From Desulfuromusa sp. (GTDB lineage: Bacteria; Desulfobacterota; Desulfuromonadia; Desulfuromonadales; Geopsychrobacteraceae), in the NCBI GenBank assembly GCA_021157505.1, contig JAGGWI010000024.1, forward strand, positions 1 through 38,093: a stretch of 38,093 bases of DNA, written 5' to 3'. Under the pieces are notes generated by a model. That model was not told the DNA's origin and searched no databases. It saw only the letters and a list, made by a program, of their open reading frames with translations. Positions 9,380 through 18,766 of the stretch are shown in pieces (position 1 is the first letter of the stretch; each line of letters opens with the position of its first letter). Made by a program: the position numbers and the translations under genes.

Positions 9380-9697
9380 ATGACCGAAGCAACTGAAAAA
9401 CAACCGTTTGAATCTGATCATAGCTGTGATCGGGAATCGGAAATCCTGAAAGTTCTAGGTCATCCAATTCGCCTGAAGATAGTTGCAGGGTTGATGTCAC
9501 AATCGTGTAATGTTAAAAAAATATGGGAATGTCTCTCTCTTCCCCAGGCTACTGTCTCCCAACACCTCGCACTCCTGAAAAACAAAAATATTATTACTGG
9601 GCGACGTGAAGGGGTTGAAGTTTACTACCAGGTCACATCACCCGAAGCGATTCGGATTGTCGATGCTATTTTTGGTGATTCCTTTTCTTGTCATTAG
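9380..9697 (+). CDS. ArsR/SmtB-family transcriptional regulator
   Basis: LKVLGHPIRLKI..LPQATVSQHLALLK..RREG..VYY winged-HTH signature; SD AAGGAG before ATG 9380. Confidence 0.9.
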   Translation: MTEATEKQPFESDHSCDRESEILKVLGHPIRLKIVAGLMSQSCNVKKIWECLSLPQATVSQHLALLKNKNIITGRREGVEVYYQVTSPEAIRIVDAIFGDSFSCH

Positions 9698-9706
9698 CCT
9701 CCAGTT

Positions 9707-9756
9707 AAATCAACAAAAAACGGCCGTCTATATAGACGGCCGTTTTTTGTTGATTT
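9707..9756. terminator. Bidirectional terminator; perfect 50-bp palindrome
   Basis: AAATCAACAAAAAACGGCCGTCTAT followed directly by its exact reverse complement, between convergent genes. Confidence 0.85.
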
Positions 9757-9766
9757 GAACATTAAT

Positions 9767-9964
9767 TTACTTACCGGAACGAATTGTCGCTACGGTTTTC
9801 CCACGGATGCCCCAATTTTCCGCGGCAATTTCCTCGATAATAACGTGAGTCGCTTCAGGGTTTTTACCTAAAACCTCCTTCATAACGACAGTAATCCGCT
9901 CCATCAATTCTTCTTTTTTCTCAGCACTGATCCCTTCAAGTGCACGTACAGTAACTACTGGCAT
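9767..9964 (-). CDS. 4-oxalocrotonate tautomerase family protein
   Basis: N-terminal catalytic Pro (MPVVTV), EEIAAENWGIRG motif, 65 aa, SD AAGGAGG before ATG 9964. Confidence 0.9.
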   Translation of the reverse strand: MPVVTVRALEGISAEKKEELMERITVVMKEVLGKNPEATHVIIEEIAAENWGIRGKTVATIRSGK

Positions 9965-10049
9965 TTCACAGCCTCCTTTCAACACACTTTGCAAACAGAA
10001 TAATCTAAGTATAGCCCGATAATGTAAAAATCAATAGTCAAATCATTCG

Positions 10050-10193
10050 AACAGGGTGTTGAAAAACGTTTTCGAGGGCTTGAGTGCAAGGCGAAAATTG
10101 CCGAAAAAGCGCAGTTTTCAACCAGTAAATGAGCATTTTGAGGCAATTTTCAACACAGCAATCGCAACGCAGATAGTTTTTCAACAGCCTGTT
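10050..10193. mobile_element. Miniature inverted-repeat element, second family (ERIC-like core)
   Basis: Terminal repeats AACAGGGTGTTGAAAAAC / GTTTTTCAACAGCCTGTT (1 mismatch in 18); internal stem AAAATTGCC 10094-10102 / GGCAATTTT 10142-10150. Confidence 0.75.
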
Positions 10194-10289
10194 AAATCAC
10201 TGCGGCATATCGATTCTTGTTTTTTTACCGGGCTGACTTTTTTACACAAAGCGAGGTTAAAGCAATAGACCCTCACAGCCTTAAACGAT

Positions 10290-11189
10290 TCAATTAACTT
10301 TATAATGGAGTATATTCAAGCCTTTATCCAGATTTTCTTCAGGGAATCGGTCATCTGAATAATAAATCTGTAACAATTGAGCTTTCTGACAAAATTTTGT
10401 GACCAGCTGCCGGACACCTTCAGGAACCAAGTGCGGACTACTCATGCAAAACAGAATTTCGCCACCGGGTTTCAACAATAGTGGTAATTTTTGAACTAAT
10501 TTAGGCCAATCCCGTTGCGGTTGAAAGCTATCCCCCTGCGCAGCCGGAGGGTCACAGATAATCAGCTCAAATGGTGCCAGTCGGCGTAATTTACTGAAAC
10601 TGCGAAATACTTCCAGCGGTAAAAAACTGGCTTTCCGCAAATCCAGATTATTAAGTTGATGGTTGAGACGACCCAGCTGAAGAGCCCCTTTGTTCATATC
10701 AAGATTGACAACCTGCGCTGCCCCGGAAGATATAGCGACAACAGAAAAACTACAGCTGTAAGCAAAAAGGTTAAGAACCTTTTTACCCGCCGCTATCTCC
10801 GACACCAATCTCCGACCCTGAGCCATATCGGGGAAAAACCCGATATTTTGTGCTCCATTCAGACGCAAACGATATTTTAACCCGGCCTCAACCGCATTGA
10901 CCTTATCTGGCAGCTCACCAAACAGGAGACGGCTGGGAGAATCCCGCAAATATCGTTCCTGGAGAATGATCGCCTCAACAGCAGTAATTTGCGCACACAA
11001 CTGCTTAATCAGCGCTGCAAGCCACCCTTCATCCCTTGGAGAATGTAGCGTTATTAAAACAACGGGCTTAAACCAGTCAATCACAAGATCCTCATACCCG
11101 GGGAAACAATGGCCACGGCCATGAAACAAGCGAGAGGACTCGTTTCCAGAACAATCACTTTTATTAATTTCGTTTTTAATCAATTCCAT
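10290..11189 (-). CDS. Class I SAM-dependent methyltransferase (RlmI-like, no clear PUA domain)
   Basis: RLFHGRG, QNIGFFPDM, KVLNLFAYSCSFSV, ICDPP motifs. Confidence 0.85.
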   Translation of the reverse strand: MELIKNEINKSDCSGNESSRLFHGRGHCFPGYEDLVIDWFKPVVLITLHSPRDEGWLAALIKQLCAQITAVEAIILQERYLRDSPSRLLFGELPDKVNAVEAGLKYRLRLNGAQNIGFFPDMAQGRRLVSEIAAGKKVLNLFAYSCSFSVVAISSGAAQVVNLDMNKGALQLGRLNHQLNNLDLRKASFLPLEVFRSFSKLRRLAPFELIICDPPAAQGDSFQPQRDWPKLVQKLPLLLKPGGEILFCMSSPHLVPEGVRQLVTKFCQKAQLLQIYYSDDRFPEENLDKGLNILHYKVN

Positions 11190-11301
11190 CGGCTGAACTT
11201 AATAGAAAATAAAAAAAGTTTACTGATAATCCAAATAATCACTGGAAATGGCAAAATAAACTGGTCATAATAGAGTATATTGCCATAAGGGAGAACCGCT
11301 A

Positions 11302-12144
11302 ATGAATAAAACAAATCTGCTTATCTTTATTTTACTGGTGTTCCTTGGGGGACTGGTCATAGCAATTTATTTTCAGAGTCAACCAGTCTCAGAACCGTTG
11401 CCACTGGAAACTCATCCAGTCCCGGCACCTGAACCGATTAAAAATCCTATTGTCCACTATCCGGTTCCGGAACCAACAACGACCCCGGCAGTAATACCAC
11501 CTGAACAGAATGATACAAAAACAGAGTCGGTCGATCAGCAACTTTCAGAAACCACACCCCCGGTGCAAAAAAATGATAAAAACTTTCAAGTAGCACTCAC
11601 AAATTCACTCAGCAACCAAACAGACCATAAGCTGCTACAGATGGAAAACTTCATCCAGAGGTTTGTGGTCACTATTGACAACCTTCCAGAAAGACGTTTA
11701 CCAAGAGCTCACCTGCCGATCAAAGCTCCGGGAGGGAAGTTTCTGGTTGCGGGAACCCCTGAAGCACCTCAAACCAGCAGTAGGAACTATAAACGCTATA
11801 GTATCTACATAACCCTATTGGAATCCCTCGATCGAGATCTGACGCTCAAATTTTATGCCTATTTTTACCCATTATTTCAAACAGCTTATGAGCAATTAGG
11901 CTATAAAAATGCTTATTTCAATGACCGACTGGTCTATGTGATTGATCACCTGCTGGCAGTCCCAAATCCACCAGATCCGATTCAACTCGCTCAACCGGCT
12001 GTCCTTTTCACTTATGCAGACCCAACTCTGGAGAACCTTTCATCCGGTCAAAAAATCCTGCTCCGTTTAGGTTCGGAACAGAGGGTTAAAGTCCTTAAAA
12101 TTTTAAAAAGTTATCGAGGAGAACTGACAAGTTCACATCCCTGA
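11302..12144 (+). CDS. Membrane-anchored DUF3014-like protein
   Basis: N-terminal TM, Pro-rich linker, RFVVTIDN..YPLFQTAYEQLGY..YFNDR..ADPTLENLSSGQKILLRLG pattern (family recalled, not searched). Confidence 0.75.
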   Translation: MNKTNLLIFILLVFLGGLVIAIYFQSQPVSEPLPLETHPVPAPEPIKNPIVHYPVPEPTTTPAVIPPEQNDTKTESVDQQLSETTPPVQKNDKNFQVALTNSLSNQTDHKLLQMENFIQRFVVTIDNLPERRLPRAHLPIKAPGGKFLVAGTPEAPQTSSRNYKRYSIYITLLESLDRDLTLKFYAYFYPLFQTAYEQLGYKNAYFNDRLVYVIDHLLAVPNPPDPIQLAQPAVLFTYADPTLENLSSGQKILLRLGSEQRVKVLKILKSYRGELTSSHP

Positions 12145-12149
12145 AACAG

Positions 12150-12184
12150 AAAAGGCTCAACCGTTTCAAGTTGAGCCTTTTTTA
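12150..12184. terminator. Intrinsic terminator between convergent genes
   Basis: AAAAGGCTCAAC-cgtttcaa-GTTGAGCCTTTT plus T-rich tail. Confidence 0.8.
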
Positions 12185-12190
12185 TTTCTT

Positions 12191-12376
12191 TTATCCCCTG
12201 CGTTCCGTGCCCACATATTTACCACGCAGGGTACTTCTTATAGGATCCCTCCCAACCGTTATCCAACCAGTCGAACGTTCAAACTGATCAATTTCGCTCA
12301 TCACAATCAATTCATCGAGATTCTTTGAGGGAATCAAATTGATACGACCATCTTTATAGCGGACACGAATCAACAT
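12191..12376 (-). CDS. GSU3473-family small protein
   Basis: MLIRVRYKDG..F.RS.GW..VGRDPIR..Y.G.ERR pattern; SD GGAG before ATG 12376. Confidence 0.75.
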   Translation of the reverse strand: MLIRVRYKDGRINLIPSKNLDELIVMSEIDQFERSTGWITVGRDPIRSTLRGKYVGTERRG

Positions 12377-12420
12377 AGTTTTCTCCATAAAAACCTGATC
12401 GAAACAAGTTAAATCGAATT

Positions 12421-13515
12421 TCAATCCAGCAAAGCATCTATAGCATCAAAGTCAAAGCGTTTTTCTGCCAGATCAGTTATCAAGCTGATTTTGTGAGTAT
12501 CCTCGGCGGTCAGTTTTGACACATCATCTCTTATAATTTCGAAAACGGTTGACGATGTCCGTCTTGCAAACATATATGGGATTCCACTTCTATCAATAAT
12601 TTTTTGGGTAATGTGACTGACTGCCCCGATACCCGGAATAATGATGCCGGCGATCTTGTCACGATATTCTTCCATCTGGTACAGGTTCGAGAGTGTCACC
12701 AGCAGTTCATCTCGACTACTATTGACAATAATCAAAGAAGATTCCTGTAACAGTTCCACGACCCGTTGGGCTGACGCTGCACCAATCTGCACATTATGGA
12801 CTATTCTCTGACCCTGCTCTTCAGACGCAAATATTTCAATATCAAGAACACCTGCTATCCGGCGAATCGTAGGATTTGCCAAAATCGGGTGATAATTAAA
12901 TCCGCCGATCACCTGCACCCCCTCTTCCGCAAAAGCCATCTCCAGATATTTCAGTGTCTGTTCCCGTTTTTCCGGAATAATCTTGTTAACCAGAATCGCT
13001 TTGACCTTCGCCTGCTCTTTTTGAAACAGCGCCAGGTTCATCTGCACTGAATCGACAACATTACCCAGCCCTCCCCCGGTCACCATCAGGACCACCGCAC
13101 CGGTTTCTCTGGCTATTCTAGCATTATTACAACCAAACAGTGTACCTACACCGGTATGTCCAGCCCCCTCAATGATCAGAAAATCATTCTTGGCATCCAG
13201 CTCAGCAATGGCATCAAGCATCTGCTGAGCAATTTTATCCCGGTTTAAATCTCCATCCATGATGCGTCTCGTATCCCCTTGTTGTAAAACAAATGGGGAC
13301 ATGAGGGGCAGATCATCAAGCTGGTCAAAATATCGTGCCATGACCACGGCATCCTTATCTGCAAGAATACCTTGATATTCAACTGGTTTTGGACCAATAG
13401 GTTTGATAAAACCCACCCGATCATATTTTTTTTTGGCCATATGCATCAAAGAAAGACTGGTTGTCGTTTTACCGCTGTTCATTCCCGTTGCTGCTATAAA
13501 GACTTTACGTGCCAT
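12421..13515 (-). CDS. Stand-alone BioD-like P-loop plus DRTGG protein (homolog of the N-terminal half of long phosphotransacetylases)
   Basis: ATGMNSGKTT, VGFIKPIG, FLIIEGAGH, ILVNK; no PTA catalytic domain. Confidence 0.8.
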   Translation of the reverse strand: MARKVFIAATGMNSGKTTTSLSLMHMAKKKYDRVGFIKPIGPKPVEYQGILADKDAVVMARYFDQLDDLPLMSPFVLQQGDTRRIMDGDLNRDKIAQQMLDAIAELDAKNDFLIIEGAGHTGVGTLFGCNNARIARETGAVVLMVTGGGLGNVVDSVQMNLALFQKEQAKVKAILVNKIIPEKREQTLKYLEMAFAEEGVQVIGGFNYHPILANPTIRRIAGVLDIEIFASEEQGQRIVHNVQIGAASAQRVVELLQESSLIIVNSSRDELLVTLSNLYQMEEYRDKIAGIIIPGIGAVSHITQKIIDRSGIPYMFARRTSSTVFEIIRDDVSKLTAEDTHKISLITDLAEKRFDFDAIDALLD

Positions 13516-13658
13516 GTTTTAACTCCCGGTTATTTACTCTTCGGTTCCATATAGAATAATTTAATAAAAATGTCACGTGTTGATTTCATTTCAAGTAGAA
13601 CTTGTCATATTTGTTATGCTGTAAGAACTCAATCTTCAACATATACCCATGGGAGAGT

Positions 13659-13827
13659 CTAGGAGACTGTCGGACTATACGGGGCGAAGCGAAAATTTGG
13701 AGGTTTGAGAACAGATTTCGATACGTTTGCAGGCTCATAGCCATAGCTATGGGGCAAAAAGGAGTCGAAATATGGGCCAAACAACCGAATTTGCAGTCGG
13801 CTCATGGATAGTCCGACAGACTCCTAG
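13659..13827 (+). mobile_element. CTAG-flanked hairpin element, full copy 1
   Basis: CTAG-GAGACTGTCGGACTAT ... ATAGTCCGACAGACTC-CTAG; 165 bp between the two CTAG starts; colinear with the 18767 copy. Confidence 0.9.
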
Positions 13828-15220
13828 ATGAAAAGCTCAAGTATTCAGTTTACTAATCACTCCGGTTCGCTGCTTTCAGGAAGAATTGACCTTCCAGAAG
13901 ATGAAACACCGATTGCCTGGGCGCTGTTTGCACATTGCTTTACTTGCGGTAAAAGCCTCAAAGCCATCAGTCATATCAGTCGTGCGTTAACCCGGGAGAA
14001 AATCGCCGTCCTCAGATTTGATTTTATGGTCTAGGAGCCTGTCGGACATTACAAGAATCTACTGCGAAACCGTCTGATCAGTTCATATTCCCGTATATTT
14101 TCGACAAATAGCGGTGCTATTCGCTCTCAAATCTACGAAAATCTGCCCTCGACCAGTCGATTTCTCGTTACGATCCGCAAAGGCAGACAGACTCCTAGGC
14201 GAAAGTGAAGGTGATTTCTCCACTTCTAATCTCAGCTCCAATATGGAAGATCTGGTAGCAGCGGCAGATTGGTTAAAAAAACATTACCAAGCCCCCAGTA
14301 TCCTGGTCGGACATTCTTTTGGTGGAGCAGCTGTTTTACAGGTTGCACAGCATCTCCCTGAAGTTCGTGCCGTGGCAACAATCGCCGCACCGTTTGATCC
14401 AGGGCATATTACTCATCTTCTTAATGATGCTTTGCCAGATATCCAGAAACAAGGATATGCAAAAATCAAACTTGCCGGACGAGAATTTACTATTGGTAAA
14501 GAGTTTGTTAATGATCTGGAAACACATCAGTCTGAAGAGCGGATCAGATACTTGAACAGAGCACTGTTAGTGTTACATTCTCCCACGGATAAAACTGTCG
14601 ATATTAAAAATGCTCAGCTCATCTATCAAGCGGCAAAACACCCTAAATCATTCATTAGCCTTGATGTCGCCGATCACCTTCTCAGTCGAGAAAAAGATGC
14701 CCTCTATGCAGGCCAGATGATAGCAAATTGGGCCTGCCGATATCTGGACATGGAGGAACTAAAACAGAACAAGTCACACATCATTGATAACCGGGTTACA
14801 GTCAGAACCGACCAAGGGGGATTTTTTACCGAGGTCCATGCTAACGGCCACTCCTTGATTGCAGATGAACCTATCTCCTATGGTGGGACAGATCGTGGTC
14901 CGACCCCCTATGACTATCTTCTGGTTGCGCTTGGAACTTGTACCAGCATGACCATGCAAATGTACGCCAGAAGTAAAAAATGGCCGCTTGAATCGGTTGT
15001 CGTGCGCTTGCTCCACAATAAGATTCATGCTGAAGATTGCGCTGCCTGTGAAACAAAAAAAGGGAAGATTGACCGCTTTGAGCGTGAATTAGAACTGGAA
15101 GGAGATCTAAGTGATGAGCAGAGACAGCGACTGTTACAGATTGCAGACCGCTGCCCGGTGCACCGCACTATTCATTCAGAGTTGATCGTCGAAACAAAAT
15201 TAAAGGAAGAAAAATCCTGA
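13828..15220 (+). pseudogene. Alpha/beta-hydrolase plus OsmC fusion gene, split by an element insertion
   Basis: 5' part 13828-14034 (ALFAHCFTCGK..LRFDF) and 3' part from 14195 ([14 protein letters not shown]..OsmC GPTPYD..CT..RCPVH) flank the element at 14031-14198 and lie in different frames. Confidence 0.85.
14031..14198 (-). mobile_element. CTAG-flanked hairpin element, full copy 2 (inverted, diverged)
   Basis: CTAG-GAGCCTGTCGGAC ... GGCAGACAGACTC-CTAG; 164 bp between CTAG starts; its reverse complement aligns with copies 1 and 3. Confidence 0.85.
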
Positions 15221-15229
15221 AGTAAAATA

Positions 15230-15634
15230 TTAAGCAATCACCGGAATAATTTCAAAAGTCTCGCCATTTTTTCGCCGTTCAACATAGGTATAGATTTGTT
15301 TAAATTCACCCTGAAGCGACTCCAGAATAGCGGGGATAGCTGCAACATTGACAACAACCGGCTGGTACTTTGTCTGCTTGGCTATCTTAATAAAGTTTGG
15401 ACTCTTCTGATGTGCAACAAAAATTTCTGCATCATCAACTATTGAGATAATCGCCTTCATCTTGTCGGCTTGCGCATGCTCCATATCCTTGGCGACATTT
15501 TTACGCTGTTCAATAAATGTACCTCCGGTATTTTCAACCAGATCGTAAATATAAAAATACTCCGTATCTCCCATATGGGTTGTAGCGATATCCTCCCCAT
15601 TATTTGAGCCAATACAAATCCTTAACGTACGCAT
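15230..15634 (-). CDS. NifB/NifX-like (dinitrogenase FeMo-cofactor domain) protein
   Basis: MRTLRICIGS..IATTHMGDTEYFYIYD pattern resembling the HFG..F.IY motif; size fits. Confidence 0.6.
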   Translation of the reverse strand: MRTLRICIGSNNGEDIATTHMGDTEYFYIYDLVENTGGTFIEQRKNVAKDMEHAQADKMKAIISIVDDAEIFVAHQKSPNFIKIAKQTKYQPVVVNVAAIPAILESLQGEFKQIYTYVERRKNGETFEIIPVIA

Positions 15635-15692
15635 AATTCACCCTCAACCAGAAGCTTAAAAATTTAATATCATTTTAGAGTAGATACTTGTC

Positions 15693-17594
15693 TCAACCCA
15701 CCGTAGCCTTCGGGCTTTGATACTGTGTTGCCTGCTTAACTTTTTTCATGATCCCTTCAGCATCAAGCCCTAATTGGGCACGTAATTCGGCCTGGGTTCC
15801 CTGACCAACAAAATGATCTGGAATTCCAACCCGCAATACTGGCATGACCAAACCAGTGTCACTCAGCAATTCAAGAACCGCTGCCCCGAATCCCCCCTGC
15901 AGGGAATTTTCTTCAGCAGTAATCACAAAAGGAACTTTTTCTGCCTGTGCTATGATCAAATCACTGTCCAGAGGTTTGATAAAGCGGGCATCAACAACAG
16001 CGATATTGATCCCCTGTTTGGCGAGTTGATCCGCAGCGGCCAATGCTTCATCAACCATGATCCCGACCGCGATCACTAAACCGTCATTCCCTTCACGCAA
16101 CAATTCTCCCCTGCCAATTTGCACCGGATCAATATTGTCAAGCAACGGCAAACCGACACCATTGCCGCGAGGATAGCGATAGGCAAAAGGTCCTTCTGTT
16201 AAACTTGCGGTTTTCATCAACCGCTGAAGTTCCACCTCATTACGTGGTACCGCGAAATTCAAATTTGGAACATGGCGTAAAAACGAAAGATCAAACACAC
16301 CATGGTGGGTTGGACCGTCAGCACCAACTAATCCGGCCCGATCCAGAGCAAATGTAACCGGCAGATTCTGCAAACAGACATCATGCAAAACCTGATCGTA
16401 AGCACGTTGCATAAAGGTCGAATAGATTGTCACCACCGGACGCAATCCGCGGCAGGCCAACCCGGCAGCAAAAGTCACAGCATGCTGTTCAGCGATACCT
16501 ACATCAAAAAAACGCTCGGGAAAGATTTCTGAAAATTTATGCAATCCGGTTCCTTCAGCCATAGCCGCAGTAATTGCGACTATTCTTTCATCCTCACGGG
16601 CAAGATCAATCAGGGTATCACCAAAAACTTTGGTGTAAGAAGGTGCGGTACTCGTTTGACCACCTAAAGTTTCACCAGTTTCAGAATTGAATGGTCCAAT
16701 GCCATGAAACTTGGGAGGGTTCTGCTCTGCCGGTTCATAACCCTTCCCTTTTTTTGTGAGGACATGTAACAGTACCGGTCCTTTAATCTGGGCGACGTTA
16801 TGCAGAGTTTCAGTCAATTCTTCAATATTATGCCCATCAAGCGGCCCAAAATAATCAAAACCAAACCCTTCAAACAACATCCCCGGAGTCATAAAACTTT
16901 TCAGAGATTCCTCAGCACGCTTCGCCAGATTAACCAGATCACGACCGATCCCCGGGACATAACTCAGGATATTTTCGGTCTCTTTTTTAAAGCGGATAAA
17001 AGATTCAGAGGTCATTTTGCGACTCATAAAAGAAGACAACGCACCAACATTTTGAGAAATCGACATTTCGTTGTCATTCAAAATAACAACCAGTTTTTGC
17101 TTCAGATGTCCCGCATGATTCAAACCTTCGAATGCCATTCCCGCTGTCAACGAACCATCGCCGATGACGGCTATGACCTTGTTGTCTTCCCCGACAATAT
17201 CTCTTCCAGCCGCCATCCCTAATGCTGCAGAGATAGAAGTGCTGGAATGACCGACACCAAAACAATCATGCTCGCTCTCATTCCGCTTTGGAAATCCACT
17301 GAGACCATTCAATTGGCGCAATGTCCCAAATTGGCCCTGACGTCCTGTCAATAATTTATGGGCATAAGCCTGATGACCGACATCCCAGATAATCTGATCA
17401 TTGGGTGTCTCAAAAACTCGATGCAACGCAATCGTGAGCTCAACAACTCCGAGGGAGCTCCCTAAATGTCCACCTGTGGTTGCAACTGTTGAAACAATTT
17501 GCTCACGCAACTCTTCCGCCAATTGTGACAGTTGTTTTTTATCCAGCTTTTTAAGTTCTGCTGGTGACTTTATTTCTGAAAGAAGGGTTTCCAT
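15693..17594 (-). CDS. dxs: 1-deoxy-D-xylulose-5-phosphate synthase
   Basis: [53 protein letters not shown]. Confidence 0.97.
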   Translation of the reverse strand: METLLSEIKSPAELKKLDKKQLSQLAEELREQIVSTVATTGGHLGSSLGVVELTIALHRVFETPNDQIIWDVGHQAYAHKLLTGRQGQFGTLRQLNGLSGFPKRNESEHDCFGVGHSSTSISAALGMAAGRDIVGEDNKVIAVIGDGSLTAGMAFEGLNHAGHLKQKLVVILNDNEMSISQNVGALSSFMSRKMTSESFIRFKKETENILSYVPGIGRDLVNLAKRAEESLKSFMTPGMLFEGFGFDYFGPLDGHNIEELTETLHNVAQIKGPVLLHVLTKKGKGYEPAEQNPPKFHGIGPFNSETGETLGGQTSTAPSYTKVFGDTLIDLAREDERIVAITAAMAEGTGLHKFSEIFPERFFDVGIAEQHAVTFAAGLACRGLRPVVTIYSTFMQRAYDQVLHDVCLQNLPVTFALDRAGLVGADGPTHHGVFDLSFLRHVPNLNFAVPRNEVELQRLMKTASLTEGPFAYRYPRGNGVGLPLLDNIDPVQIGRGELLREGNDGLVIAVGIMVDEALAAADQLAKQGINIAVVDARFIKPLDSDLIIAQAEKVPFVITAEENSLQGGFGAAVLELLSDTGLVMPVLRVGIPDHFVGQGTQAELRAQLGLDAEGIMKKVKQATQYQSPKATVG

Positions 17595-17632
17595 TGAGCT
17601 TCCTTGTATAGTGTATTCATGAGGCGATACTT

Positions 17633-18538
17633 TCAGCAGGAGCGATCTACAATATAAGTAGCAATCTCCCGCAGTGGGCGCGCTGAGTCATCAAATATAT
17701 CCAATGCAGACAGTGCCACATCACGCAACTCATTGGCACGTTGTCGTGCTCCATCCAGGCCAAGTAAAGCAGGATAGGTCGCTTTTCCACGCTGCTGATC
17801 GCTACCGACATCCTTCCCCAATTGAGACGGATCAGCCACGATATCAAGAATATCATCGGGAACTTGAAACGCTAATCCTGCAGCCTCACCATAATTACGA
17901 AGCGCCCGGCGCTGCTTAGCAGAAGCCCCTCCCAGCAGGGCACCAACCTCAATTGCAGCCAGAATTAAAGCTCCGGTTTTATGGGTATGGATATATTCCA
18001 GAGTGGTGAGATCAACGGGGCTTTTCTCCGCCTCCATATCAACAACCTGGCCACCCACCATACCACAGGAACCGCTCCCTTTTGCTATAATGTTGATCAC
18101 TTCGAGAGACTGTTCAGCAGGGATATCACCCCAGATATTTTTATTGGAGAGAAGGATAAATGCTTCTGTTAATAGCCCGTCACCAGCTAAAATTGCTGTG
18201 GCCTCGCCATAAACTTTATGATTGGTTGGATTTCCACGGCGAAAATCATCGTCATCCATAGCAGGAAGGTCATCATGAATGAGCGAATAGCTATGAACCA
18301 TTTCAATAGCACAGGCCGCCGGCAATACCTTTTTCATCTCTCCGCCAACAGCTTCACAAGCTGCCAGCATTAAAATCGGGCGAATCCGTTTTCCACCAGC
18401 AAAAACAGAATAACGCATCGCTGTATGCAAACGGGTTGGAAGAGTATCAACCCCGGGAAGAAAACGATCCAGAGATGAGTCAACCAGTCGAACTCTTTCT
18501 TTTAAATAGGTCTGCAACTGCCAATCATGATCAACCAT
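17633..18538 (-). CDS. ispA: Farnesyl diphosphate synthase
   Basis: [38 protein letters not shown]; xseB-ispA-dxs synteny. Start ATG 18538 overlaps the xseB 3' end. Confidence 0.92.
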   Translation of the reverse strand: MVDHDWQLQTYLKERVRLVDSSLDRFLPGVDTLPTRLHTAMRYSVFAGGKRIRPILMLAACEAVGGEMKKVLPAACAIEMVHSYSLIHDDLPAMDDDDFRRGNPTNHKVYGEATAILAGDGLLTEAFILLSNKNIWGDIPAEQSLEVINIIAKGSGSCGMVGGQVVDMEAEKSPVDLTTLEYIHTHKTGALILAAIEVGALLGGASAKQRRALRNYGEAAGLAFQVPDDILDIVADPSQLGKDVGSDQQRGKATYPALLGLDGARQRANELRDVALSALDIFDDSARPLREIATYIVDRSC

Positions 18539-18755
18539 CAAAAGGCTCCCGCTGCAACATCCCATCATCTTGCTGAAGCAGTTGTTCAACCTGCAATTCA
18601 ACTTTACGCAACGATTGGCGACAGCTATCTGCCTGCTTAACTCCAGCAGAAAAAACTTTTAACGCCTGATCCAGGGTAAGATCACCCGATTCAAGTTGTT
18701 CAACTGCTTCTTCAAGCTTTTGTAGTGATACTTCAAAATTTATTTTTGTGGCCAT
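18531..18755 (-). CDS. xseB: Exodeoxyribonuclease VII small subunit
   Basis: FE.SL.KLEE.V.QLESGDLTL pattern; synteny with xseA and ispA. Confidence 0.92.
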   Translation of the reverse strand: MATKINFEVSLQKLEEAVEQLESGDLTLDQALKVFSAGVKQADSCRQSLRKVELQVEQLLQQDDGMLQREPFDG

Positions 18756-18766
18756 AATTATCACCC

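Noticed and set aside
13580-13594. FNR-like site TTGAT..TTCAA
   Set aside because: Spacer is 5 nt rather than 4 and the second half-site is mismatched.
13659-14198. Two nearby repeats read as a CRISPR array or composite transposon
   Set aside because: The units are self-contained ~165-bp inverted-repeat elements, each with its own CTAG pair. There is no repeat-spacer periodicity and no cas or transposase gene, and the sequence between them is the 5' end of a host gene.
14031-14198. Self-splicing intron or in-frame peptide insertion
   Set aside because: Too short, with no recognisable group I/II motifs; 164 bp is not a multiple of three, and the upstream reading frame hits a stop.
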